In this document: piece by piece, positions 1 through 7,725 of the stretch
Layout of the letters: every line of letters begins with the position of its first letter
How positions within the stretch are numbered: position 1 is the stretch's first letter
Source: a virus
Lineage: Duplodnaviria > Caudoviricetes
DNA length: 64,000 nucleotides
IMG/VR virus record: IMGVR_UViG_3300021399_000113
Span: 64,001 to 128,000 of that record
Direction: 5' to 3' (one strand)
Translations under genes and position numbers: made by a program
Notes under the pieces: model-generated
Told to the model about the DNA's origin: nothing
Database searches by the model: none
What the model saw: only the letters and a program-made list of their open reading frames with translations

Positions 1-101
1 ACGGTACGGCTGGGGGTATCCCCACGGTCAAAGAATGCCATGGTCTTTAAGACATAAGTTAGTACAAAGGTGCACATCTGTACTAATTGACCAACAATCA
101 A

Positions 102-205
102 CGGGTGGCGTGACAGGTTCCCACAAGCGCAGTGGGTGGAGAATGTCAGCGGTCTATCAAACCGTGGGTCAATGACCTATGTAGGTTCAAATCCTTCACT
201 CCCGA
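102..205 (+). ncRNA. atypical tRNA-like RNA (Ser-like long variable arm, anticodon-position ATC, enlarged D arm)
   Basis: GCGGT-CTATCAA-ACCGT stem-loop, GGTC-AAT-GACC variable arm, GGTTCAAATCC T arm; acceptor pairing imperfect. Confidence 0.5.
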
Positions 206-239
206 CTTAGTATTAATATGACATATAGGAGAACAAATC

Positions 240-455
240 TTGGGAGATACAAGAGGTTACTTTGGAAGATATAATCGGTATATAGGCAAGGTAATGCACA
301 TTGATAAAGGGCATAAATATGTGTATGGAGGCAAATCATCCGATGGCTATACCTTTCGAGTAATCCCAGATGACACTTTAATCACGGTCAATTACCAAAC
401 ATTTCGTGAATACCTTCGTGAACGCAAAGTTATGGATATAATCGCAAGGATGTAA
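240..455 (+). CDS. hypothetical protein (TTG start)
   Basis: ORF with AGGAG RBS. Confidence 0.6.
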   Translation: MGDTRGYFGRYNRYIGKVMHIDKGHKYVYGGKSSDGYTFRVIPDDTLITVNYQTFREYLRERKVMDIIARM

Positions 456-466
456 AGGAGTAAAAG

Positions 467-727
467 ATGCAAGTATATCCATTTAATAAACCTTCGTATC
501 TGAAAGAACTTAACAGCTCTCCTACTGAAATTTCTGACACTCTTGTAAGGGAATGGGAAGAGGTAAAGAGTGCGGATGATACACTTGTTACCGCTTTGGA
601 ACGTCTTATCGAAGTCCACGATGATAAGTATGAATTCCCTTATCTTTCCGCAGAAGAACGTACCAAAAAGGCAGAATTTCTTCTTTCGGAAGAGATAGAC
701 AATATTATGAAAGGTAGACTGATATAA
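467..727 (+). CDS. hypothetical protein
   Basis: ORF with AAGGAG RBS. Confidence 0.7.
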   Translation: MQVYPFNKPSYLKELNSSPTEISDTLVREWEEVKSADDTLVTALERLIEVHDDKYEFPYLSAEERTKKAEFLLSEEIDNIMKGRLI

Positions 728-883
728 TTGCCATGTGGAAATCCTTTAATCAAATTGTAAAAGACCTTAACGAAAGAGGGTCAATTCAAATTCCTAACGG
801 ACATGTAACTGGCGAGGAATTTGAAAAGTGGCTTAGAGATGAGTCTAAAGGTAAACTGTCTACAGAGAAGAATACGAAAGGTA

Positions 884-912
884 TTGACATTATTCAATCT
901 TTATGATATAAT
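884..912 (+). promoter_or_regulatory. sigmaA-type promoter driving tRNA array
   Basis: TTGACA-17-TATAAT with extended TG. Confidence 0.85.
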
Positions 913-1036
913 AATCAAGTCAGTTGAGTTGACAGTTGAGTTGATAATTTATGTTAGTCCTTAGCATAAGTTAGTAAACTCATAAGGACACTGTATATCA
1001 ACTGCACAAGTGCTGATTATTAGCTATAGTCAGCAC

Positions 1037-1108
1037 GATGGGTTAGTCAAGTGGTTAAGACACTGCCCTCTCACGGCAGAGACATGGGTTCGACCCCCAT
1101 ACCCATCA
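1037..1108 (+). tRNA. tRNA-Glu(CTC)
   Basis: cloverleaf GATGGGT/ACCCATC, loop CT-CTC-AC. Confidence 0.93.
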
Positions 1109-1109
1109 T

Positions 1110-1625
1110 TATGGTGGTACTTTTGAACACCTAATATTATCGAATATGTGATGCTGTGAATATAGGCGGGAACAAGCAATGAGCAGATAATCTGCTCATA
1201 CCCCAACCTCGTTAGGGTGGCGCATGGACACTGCTCCTATGGCTGAAGGTGTCTATCACATATCTAACAAAATAAGGCATGACCGAGCCTGCCGTAATTT
1301 GGTTGAAACGATATATACCTACGGACGTGCTGATACGTATCAGATATTTTGTTAGCGTTACCTCATCTACCTGTACGTTAAACAGGGTGTTGGCATAAAG
1401 ATGGGGAAAAGTCGTAGTTATATCACACATTAAGGCAAATGAACTTGTGCCAAGTTCTACTACGTGATTTGTGTCTGATGTGGGGTAATAGGAAGTTGAT
1501 AGCGAACATCTGTATGGAATTGAGGCGCAATTTTAGGATGTGGTGTGGCTATGCAAACCAACTAATAGTGTTTAGGCATAGAGTAATGAACACACAGATT
1601 AGTAGCTATCGAATCTTATTATGAT
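1110..1625 (+). ncRNA. candidate large structured ncRNA
   Basis: no credible ORF; nested long-range helices, e.g. 1144-1152/1255-1263, 1264-1274/1345-1355, 1498-1503/1605-1610. Confidence 0.6.
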
Positions 1626-1628
1626 TAT

Positions 1629-1703
1629 GGTGTCTGTAACTTAAATGGATAAAGGGCAAGATTGTGACTCTTGAGGATGTAGGTTCGACTCCTACCAGAC
1701 ACC
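1629..1703 (+). tRNA. tRNA-His(GTG) with G-1
   Basis: loop TT-GTG-AC, G-1:C73 pair. Confidence 0.93.
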
Positions 1704-1744
1704 CTTAGAATTAAAAAATTGCATTGTATATGATAAATATCCGA

Positions 1745-1826
1745 GGGGTGGTCGCATAGTGGCAATTGCGGGGGACTGTAAATCCCTTGCCTCACGGCTT
1801 CGTAGGTTCGAGTCCTACCCGCCCCA
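1745..1826 (+). tRNA. tRNA-Tyr(GTA)
   Basis: loop CT-GTA-AA, long variable arm. Confidence 0.93.
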
Positions 1827-1837
1827 TTAATAAGATG

Positions 1838-1866
1838 TTGACAAATTTAATAAAGTATGATATACT
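1838..1866 (+). promoter_or_regulatory. sigmaA-type promoter
   Basis: TTGACA-17-TATACT. Confidence 0.8.
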
Positions 1867-2046
1867 CTTATCAGAGTTGAGGCGAGGCAACCGTAGAACA
1901 ACGGAAGGCACAAGTAGCTTATATAAGACCATAAACCGACAAGGACAACTCTCACGCAAGGTCGCTCCTTGTTGCGTGTAATAAATGTGGACCAGCTCAT
2001 CAGCCTTGGAAGATGAACTACGGGGAGTGAATAGGCAAATGCATTA

Positions 2047-2119
2047 GCCACAATAACTCAATAGGTAGAGTAACTGATTTGTAATCAGTAAGTTGGGGGT
2101 TCAAATCCCTCTTGTGGCT
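2047..2119 (+). tRNA. tRNA-Thr(TGT)
   Basis: loop TT-TGT-AA, GCCACAA/TTGTGGC acceptor. Confidence 0.93.
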
Positions 2120-2137
2120 TTTCTGTGGAGGTAAAAT

Positions 2138-2419
2138 ATGAGGTACGTAGTAAATGAAGATGTGTATGATGTAGAAGTAGGCGATTATGTCTATTATGCC
2201 AGAGCACTTGACAGCTTAAACATATTTGAGGTTGTTGAATATAAAGTACGTACAGTTGATGCTGATTATTTTGCTGGACTGTCTATGGACAGCAGTGCCA
2301 CATTATTTAGCCCTTCGGATATAGGAAAGACTGTCTTTTTTAATCAGAAAGATGCACAAGATGTTGTCAATACAAGGAAAGACAAGGGATTACGTATTGA
2401 CAAGGTTGAGGAAGAGTGA
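2138..2419 (+). CDS. hypothetical protein
   Basis: ORF with GGAGG RBS. Confidence 0.75.
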   Translation: MRYVVNEDVYDVEVGDYVYYARALDSLNIFEVVEYKVRTVDADYFAGLSMDSSATLFSPSDIGKTVFFNQKDAQDVVNTRKDKGLRIDKVEEE

Positions 2420-2437
2420 TATAATGTACTCATAAAC

Positions 2438-2510
2438 GTGCCCGTAGCTCAGTTGGTAGAGCATTCGACTTTTAATCGAAGGGTCGTGGGTTCAAATCCC
2501 ATCGGGCACA
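2438..2510 (+). tRNA. tRNA-Lys(TTT)
   Basis: loop CT-TTT-AA; promoter TTGACA-17-TATAAT at 2397-2425. Confidence 0.95.
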
Positions 2511-2578
2511 TGTTACAAGTTTACGTCCGAGTACCTCCTGAAATTCCCTCTTGTGATATTTACAAGGGGGAATAATAT

Positions 2579-2650
2579 TGGGCTGTAGCCAAGTGGAAAG
2601 GCATGGGACTTTGACTCCCACATTCGCTGGTTCGAGTCCAGCCAGCCCAG
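2579..2650 (+). tRNA. tRNA-Gln(TTG)
   Basis: loop CT-TTG-AC. Confidence 0.94.
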
Positions 2651-2723
2651 TTTATTCATAAGGCAAACACGATTTATTCATAAGGCAAACACGATTTATT
2701 CATAAGGCAAACACGATTTATTC
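2651..2723. repeat. 22-bp tandem repeat, 3.3 copies (TTTATTCATAAGGCAAACACGA)
   Basis: identical units, no spacers. Confidence 0.95.
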
Positions 2724-2774
2724 TTGATTATTGCTTGGTGATAATTCGCAACTTAGTTGCAAAGTGAGGTATAA

Positions 2775-3434
2775 ATGAAAGCTGACAATTCTCCTAAAAG
2801 CCTAATATGCTACAAAGAGGGTAGAACCTATAAGTGGGTTGTATCTACTGAGGGTAATGAACAAAGTCTCCTATATCTTCTGATGATAAACCCTAAAATT
2901 CAGTTAGAATCTATAATTATCATCCCTATATTTGGGCTGTCTTTTGTAGGAGCTGTTCGTATGGGGTCTCAGAAGAAATTTGAGTTCTACGATTTCTTTA
3001 AGGAATATGGAGAAGCACCGACAATTACTACAAAATTTAATCGTGAAGCGGTAGCTCGTAAATTGTCTCAGATAGCAGAGAAATCAAAAACGAACAAAGA
3101 GGAAGTAGTAGTAGAAGACATTGTAAAGACTGTGTGCCATGAAAAGTATGGATTTATTTCACCCGATGGTGAGTATTATCGGTGTGAGTTCATGGGGCAT
3201 GGAGACTTAGCGTTTGACATTTGTGACGAACACAATTTCCCATATCTTAATTCTGCTGAGACTTATCTTGAAGAGCATGGTTGGTGTAAGGTGTATAATC
3301 CATGTGATAATATCCACAAATACGCTGTATATGTTGGAGGGGATTTTGTACTTACAAAAGAGCAGTTTGAAGTGCTTCAGAAAGAGGGACTTGAAAATGC
3401 ATATTATGTATCTGAGTATCTGGTAAGAGATTAA
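2775..3434 (+). CDS. hypothetical protein
   Basis: 219-aa ORF with GAGG RBS. Confidence 0.8.
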   Translation: MKADNSPKSLICYKEGRTYKWVVSTEGNEQSLLYLLMINPKIQLESIIIIPIFGLSFVGAVRMGSQKKFEFYDFFKEYGEAPTITTKFNREAVARKLSQIAEKSKTNKEEVVVEDIVKTVCHEKYGFISPDGEYYRCEFMGHGDLAFDICDEHNFPYLNSAETYLEEHGWCKVYNPCDNIHKYAVYVGGDFVLTKEQFEVLQKEGLENAYYVSEYLVRD

Positions 3435-3515
3435 GGTGTCTATCCGAATGGTGAGGGGGCTGTTTGCTAAACAGTTGGGCGAAATGCTTTGCGAGTTCGA
3501 ATCTCGTGGACACCG
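3435..3515 (+). tRNA. tRNA-Ser(GCT)
   Basis: loop TT-GCT-AA, long variable arm, G73. Confidence 0.88.
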
Positions 3516-3655
3516 CTTAGAAGGAAAACTAACCAAACCTATTGCGTAGGCTGGAGATAAATCCATAGAGGTCTAACCACTCAGTACCAGTGAAAATCAG
3601 AATCTGAGGAACTTCAGTACATGTGTACTGCGTAAGGGGATTGCGCCCCTTGTAT

Positions 3656-3727
3656 AGATGCTTGGTGTAGAAGGTAGCACAAGGGTCTCCAAAACCTTTA
3701 GCGTGGGTTCGAATCCTCCAGCATCTG
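3656..3727 (+). tRNA. tRNA-Trp(CCA)
   Basis: loop CT-CCA-AA. Confidence 0.92.
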
Positions 3728-3732
3728 CTTTT

Positions 3733-3804
3733 GTTCCTATAGTTTAACGGATAAAATAATGGACTACGAATCTGTTGATACAAGTTCGATTCTTGTTGGG
3801 AACA
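3733..3804 (+). tRNA. tRNA-Arg(ACG)
   Basis: loop CT-ACG-AA. Confidence 0.9.
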
Positions 3805-3809
3805 TTTAC

Positions 3810-3881
3810 ATCTCCGTAGTCTAATGGATAGGCAACGCTCTTCTAAAGCGTCTTATGTGAGTTCGAGCCTCATCGGAGATA
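3810..3881 (+). tRNA. tRNA-Arg(TCT)
   Basis: loop CT-TCT-AA. Confidence 0.9.
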
Positions 3882-3900
3882 TTTTTACAATTAAATATTT

Positions 3901-4027
3901 GGGCTGGTAGCCGAATCGGTATAGGCGGTAGCATTGCGAAAAATCAGTGTAGTCGATTAGACTGATACAGCAATTATCAAATGCATCATGGAGCTACTAT
4001 TTATGGGTTCAAGTCCCATCCAGCCCG
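3901..4027 (+). tRNA. tRNA-like gene whose anticodon loop is replaced by a 60-nt structured insert (identity uncertain, possibly CAT)
   Basis: perfect GGGCTGG/CCAGCCC acceptor, D and T arms; GTAGC/GCTAC stem encloses 3933-3992. Confidence 0.8.
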
Positions 4028-4029
4028 TT

Positions 4030-4148
4030 GGAAGGGTGGTGTAGTGGTAACACACGTATTATAAGTAGTTTAGTTGATTTACTACGTCTGCAATTATCAA
4101 AATTAGCCTGTTACGCTCGTGTCGAAGGTTCGATTCCTTCCCCTTCCG
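4030..4148 (+). tRNA. tRNA (Asp-like body, GTT anticodon) with 48-nt insert in the anticodon stem
   Basis: GGAAGGG/CCCTTCC acceptor; removing 4057-4104 restores CGAGC-CTGTTAC-GCTCG. Confidence 0.8.
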
Positions 4149-4227
4149 TTTTACCCCCCCCCCAAATAATGGAGTTGACAAATTTACTGAGATGTGGTAT
4201 ACTCTTCCACAAGTGAGGTACAGAGAT

Positions 4228-4797
4228 ATGAATAAATCGAGAAACATAGTATTTCTTGATGTGGATGGAGTATTAAACGGATATGACAGATTTTGGTATG
4301 CTATCTTCTGTCTGTTTAAAGTCACTAAATCAAAGAAGCTAATGGATTATTGGCACACCCATCTTGGATGCAGTGCATGGGCACATAAAGTATTTTACTT
4401 ATCAATTATAACACATTTAACACACTCAGACGTGGTATTATCTTCTTGCTGGAGAATGCGGTGGGAAACACACAATTCTCCAAAAAGAATGCGATTAAAG
4501 AAACTATTTAAGAGATTTGGTGTAAATGTGGTTGATACAACTATTCAGAAATATCTAAATGGTCGTGGGGAAGAAATCTCTTTATGGTTATCAGAACATG
4601 GTAATCCTAAAAATTACATTATTATTGATGATGAAACTTGTGACCAGTTAGAACACCTTGACCACATCATAAAAACAAGAAATCCTAAACTTGCAAATAC
4701 CGATATGATACAAGGCGGTGTTTCTGAAAAGACTGGATTAAGAGTACATCATATATTCAAAGCCATTCGGTTAATGAGATATTGGAGTAAGAAATAA
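4228..4797 (+). CDS. HAD-family phosphatase, Swiss-army-knife RNA repair type
   Basis: IVFLDVDGVLN, VVLSSCWR, RGEEI..WL, IIIDD motifs; start moved to 4228 because a promoter occupies 4175-4203. Confidence 0.8.
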   Translation: MNKSRNIVFLDVDGVLNGYDRFWYAIFCLFKVTKSKKLMDYWHTHLGCSAWAHKVFYLSIITHLTHSDVVLSSCWRMRWETHNSPKRMRLKKLFKRFGVNVVDTTIQKYLNGRGEEISLWLSEHGNPKNYIIIDDETCDQLEHLDHIIKTRNPKLANTDMIQGGVSEKTGLRVHHIFKAIRLMRYWSKK

Positions 4798-4850
4798 GGT
4801 ATTGACAAATTCAATATTTTGTGATACAATGTCCTTGTTGTGAAGGACAT

Positions 4851-4938
4851 GGTGGGATAGCCTAATTGGTAAGGCACTTGCACTGAAAGCAAGCGTTACG
4901 TTAATAGCGTATTGGGGGTTCGAATCCCTCTCCCATCG
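4851..4938 (+). tRNA. tRNA-Ser(TGA), non-canonical loop AC-TGA-AA
   Basis: long variable arm, G73; promoter TTGACA-17-TACAAT at 4802-4830. Confidence 0.8.
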
Positions 4939-4948
4939 TTAGCCCATT

Positions 4949-5022
4949 GCCGTATTAGACAAGTCAGGTTAAGCCTGCGGACTGCAACTCCGTGACCGCT
5001 GGTTCGAATCCAGCATACGGCT
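4949..5022 (+). tRNA. tRNA-Cys(GCA)
   Basis: loop CT-GCA-AC, U73. Confidence 0.9.
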
Positions 5023-5026
5023 TGTA

Positions 5027-5088
5027 ACGATGTTAACCGCAAATACACAAATGGTTGACTGCAAATCAATAAACTATAAACACATCGT
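5027..5088 (+). ncRNA. WCNGCAA-motif stem RNA 1 (carries Cys anticodon stem-loop mimic)
   Basis: ACGATGT/ACATCGT stem, TA-ACCGCAA, GTTGA-CTGCAAA-TCAAT. Confidence 0.65.
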
Positions 5089-5102
5089 GGAGGATGAAAA
5101 TT

Positions 5103-6596
5103 ATGGGATTTTATGAAGAACTTACAAAGGTTGCTAACAATGTAGCAGTAACTGAAAATGGAGCAATTGCGTATCGTACAAGTGGCTCTGCCCTTGTTGA
5201 TATGAACTTTGAAGTATCTGCATTCCGCAATAACGTAACAGCGGGTGTAGATATGTTCAAGAGAGCATACGCAGAAAATCCTAAGCTTGCTGTGCTTTAC
5301 CTCTTCTATCTCAGAGATTGCAGAGGTGGTCTTGGTGAACGTAATACCTTTAGAAACTGTTTTGCATGGCTTGCAAATAACCATGTAAATATGGCTAAGG
5401 CTGTACTTTCACTCATTTCTGAATATGGTAGATGGGATGACCTTGTAGCCCTTGTTGATACAAAGGTTAAGAAGGATGCCCTCGCTATCGTTTCAACACA
5501 GTTAAAGGCTGATATTGACAACATGAAGAATGGTAAGAGCATTTCTTTGCTTGCAAAGTGGATGCCCTCTATCAATACTTCTTCAAATAAGACACGTGCA
5601 CTCGCCAGAGTAATCTGCCGTGAGTTCATGAATATGCCTTATTCTGAGTACAGAAAGACTCTTGCTAAGTTGAGAGCATATACCAATGTCGTAGAGACAA
5701 AGATTTCCGCTAACAAGTGGGATGAAGTAGATTACAACACTGTTCCCTCTATGGCAAATCTGAAGTACAAGAATGCTTTCCTTAAGCATGATACTGACAG
5801 AAGAACCGCTTACCTTGAAGCACTCGTAAAGGGTGACTCCAACGTTAAGATTAACGCAAGTACCCTTACTTGTGTTGACATTGTAGATAAGTACAGTGAT
5901 GGTCGTAGTTACTGGAATGGCTCTGTAAAGAGCGACTTAGACGTAACCCTTGAGGAACTTTGGAAGGCACTTCCGTCTTTCAGTGTTGAAGATACTGTTG
6001 TAGTGAGGGATGGCTCTGGTTCTATGATTGGCACACCTCTCACTGTTGCTACTGCACTTGCAGTTTATACTGCACAGCACAACAAGGGTGAGTTCAAGGA
6101 TAAGTATATCACCTTCTCTGCTGACCCTCGTGTAATTGACATCTCCAAGTGCTCAACACTTCATGATGCCCTCATTAGGTCTTACAGAGAGGACGATTGC
6201 TCCAATACAAATCTGAAGAAGGTATTTCGTCTTATCCTTGATACAGCACGTATGAACAAGTATAAGAATGAAGACCTTCCTAAGAATATCCTCGTTATCT
6301 CTGATATGCAGTTTGACGCTGGCTACATGGCTATGCCTCTCATGTCAGAAATCGAGTTGGAGTACAGACAGTACGGATATGACCTTCCTAAGTTGATTTT
6401 CTGGAATGTTGCTGGTAGTGTGAACAGAACTATTCCTGTAACTGTCAACAAGAATGGTGTAATCCTTATCTCTGGATATACTCAGTCCCTTCTTAAGATG
6501 GTAATGTCCAACGAGACAGACCCTTACAAGGCACTTGTGGCAACCCTTGCTACCGAGAGATACAAAGCGGTAGCGGATGCCCTTGACCTTGTATAA
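5103..6596 (+). CDS. DUF2828-family protein (Ro/TROVE-like helical domain plus vWA)
   Basis: TENGA, RDCRGGLGER, YGRWDDL, LLAKWMPS, DGSGSM, SDMQFD, FWNV motifs; ATG 5103 has a properly spaced GGAGG. Confidence 0.88.
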   Translation: MGFYEELTKVANNVAVTENGAIAYRTSGSALVDMNFEVSAFRNNVTAGVDMFKRAYAENPKLAVLYLFYLRDCRGGLGERNTFRNCFAWLANNHVNMAKAVLSLISEYGRWDDLVALVDTKVKKDALAIVSTQLKADIDNMKNGKSISLLAKWMPSINTSSNKTRALARVICREFMNMPYSEYRKTLAKLRAYTNVVETKISANKWDEVDYNTVPSMANLKYKNAFLKHDTDRRTAYLEALVKGDSNVKINASTLTCVDIVDKYSDGRSYWNGSVKSDLDVTLEELWKALPSFSVEDTVVVRDGSGSMIGTPLTVATALAVYTAQHNKGEFKDKYITFSADPRVIDISKCSTLHDALIRSYREDDCSNTNLKKVFRLILDTARMNKYKNEDLPKNILVISDMQFDAGYMAMPLMSEIELEYRQYGYDLPKLIFWNVAGSVNRTIPVTVNKNGVILISGYTQSLLKMVMSNETDPYKALVATLATERYKAVADALDLV

Positions 6597-6706
6597 AAAT
6601 AAGGTATTGACTTTTTGAAAAAAGTGTTGTATATTATTATATGACACTTGAAGAACAAAAGAGGTAAATCGGCAAGGTTCAGATAACCAACCTCCCCTTG
6701 CGACAT

Positions 6707-6780
6707 TCCCCTTTAGCTCAGTTGGTCAGAGCGAGTGGCTGTTAACCACTATGTCGTAGGTTCGATTCCTACAGGGGGAG
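6707..6780 (+). tRNA. tRNA-Asn(GTT)
   Basis: loop CT-GTT-AA. Confidence 0.95.
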
Positions 6781-6782
6781 CT

Positions 6783-6890
6783 GAGGCATTCACTGCAAAT
6801 TCTTCTAAAACAAATGGGATAAAGAAGAAAATGATTTGTGTTGTTATTGCCAGACATTTCAAAGGTAACATCTATCGCTGTTTGTGCCTC
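6783..6890 (+). ncRNA. WCNGCAA-motif stem RNA 2
   Basis: GAGGCAT/GTGCCTC stem followed by TC-ACTGCAA. Confidence 0.55.
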
Positions 6891-7023
6891 GTTTAAACAG
6901 TGGATTACTGATGGTGTTCTGAGGGCAACACAATCGACCTCTTATTATGAATCCGCTAATAGTAATAAGAGCCGTTAGGTTACTCACCAACATTGATTTA
7001 GTCGGATTTACCATCCGACACCA

Positions 7024-7096
7024 CGGGGTGTGGCGCAAATGGTAGCGCACGTGCTTTGGGAGCATGGGGTTGTGGGTTCGAGTCCCGTCACTCCGA
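7024..7096 (+). tRNA. tRNA-Pro(TGG)
   Basis: loop TT-TGG-GA. Confidence 0.94.
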
Positions 7097-7109
7097 CTTA
7101 AAAATCATC

Positions 7110-7185
7110 GGTGTATTAGTGTAGTTGGTCTAACACGTCTGCCTTGCAAGCAGAATGTCGTGGGTTCGAGTCCCACATGCATCCA
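7110..7185 (+). tRNA. tRNA with TGC (Ala) anticodon and atypical acceptor stem
   Basis: loop CT-TGC-AA; no G3:U70 in the standard register. Confidence 0.75.
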
Positions 7186-7497
7186 CGTGGCTGACAATAT
7201 TCTTATATCGGAAAGCCCTGCGTAGTGGGAGCTAAATAGATAGAGGGTGGCAACCTTAATAGCTCAACATTGCTTATCGTAATACGTCCCAAGTACAATG
7301 AATAAAAGGTAAGCAAATGTTGTAATCCGCAAGATGTGTCATGCGGTATAAAAATTATGAAACATCCTCTATGGGTATCGGGATATGAAAGGTGAATCCA
7401 CCCACATAGAGTGAACCCAAAAGCCCATGATATTATTGGACTATGCGTGAATGTCCCTTTGAGGGGCTAAAAAATATCTGAAACGCTTGGTGATATT
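7186..7497 (+). ncRNA. candidate structured ncRNA
   Basis: ORF-free stretch with consecutive helices. Confidence 0.45.
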
Positions 7498-7579
7498 GGG
7501 GGATTGGTGGAATTGGCAGACACACGGGATTTAAGCTCCCGTGGAACAATCCGTGTGGGTTCAAGTCCCACATCCCTCA
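7498..7579 (+). tRNA. tRNA-Leu(TAA)
   Basis: loop TT-TAA-GC, variable arm. Confidence 0.93.
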
Positions 7580-7585
7580 GTTATA

Positions 7586-7686
7586 AAGACAGTTACTGCA
7601 ATCACATTGCAAAGTTATTTAAGGAAATAATACCATTGATGTTCTACGTGTCCAACGTACCGCATTAAACGCAAACAAACTGTCTT
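7586..7686 (+). ncRNA. WCNGCAA-motif stem RNA 3
   Basis: AAGACAG/CTGTCTT stem followed by TT-ACTGCAA. Confidence 0.6.
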
Positions 7687-7725
7687 GATATTTAATGATT
7701 TTGATTTTTAATTTTAATTAATTTA

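Noticed and set aside
1212-2051. Short ORFs in the ORF track over the RNA region (1212-1430, 1439-1624, 1766-1981, 1827-2051)
   Set aside because: No RBS, and they overlap tRNAs, promoters or structured RNA.
2651-2723. CRISPR array
   Set aside because: Repeats are directly adjacent with no spacers, and no cas genes are in the window.
3933-4104. Group I or II introns in the two tRNAs
   Set aside because: Inserts of 48-60 nt are far too short and lack core elements.
7000-7023. GTCGGA-TTTACCA-TCCGAC hairpin as another anticodon mimic (Val)
   Set aside because: Position 37 is C rather than a purine and it is not inside a WCNGCAA element.
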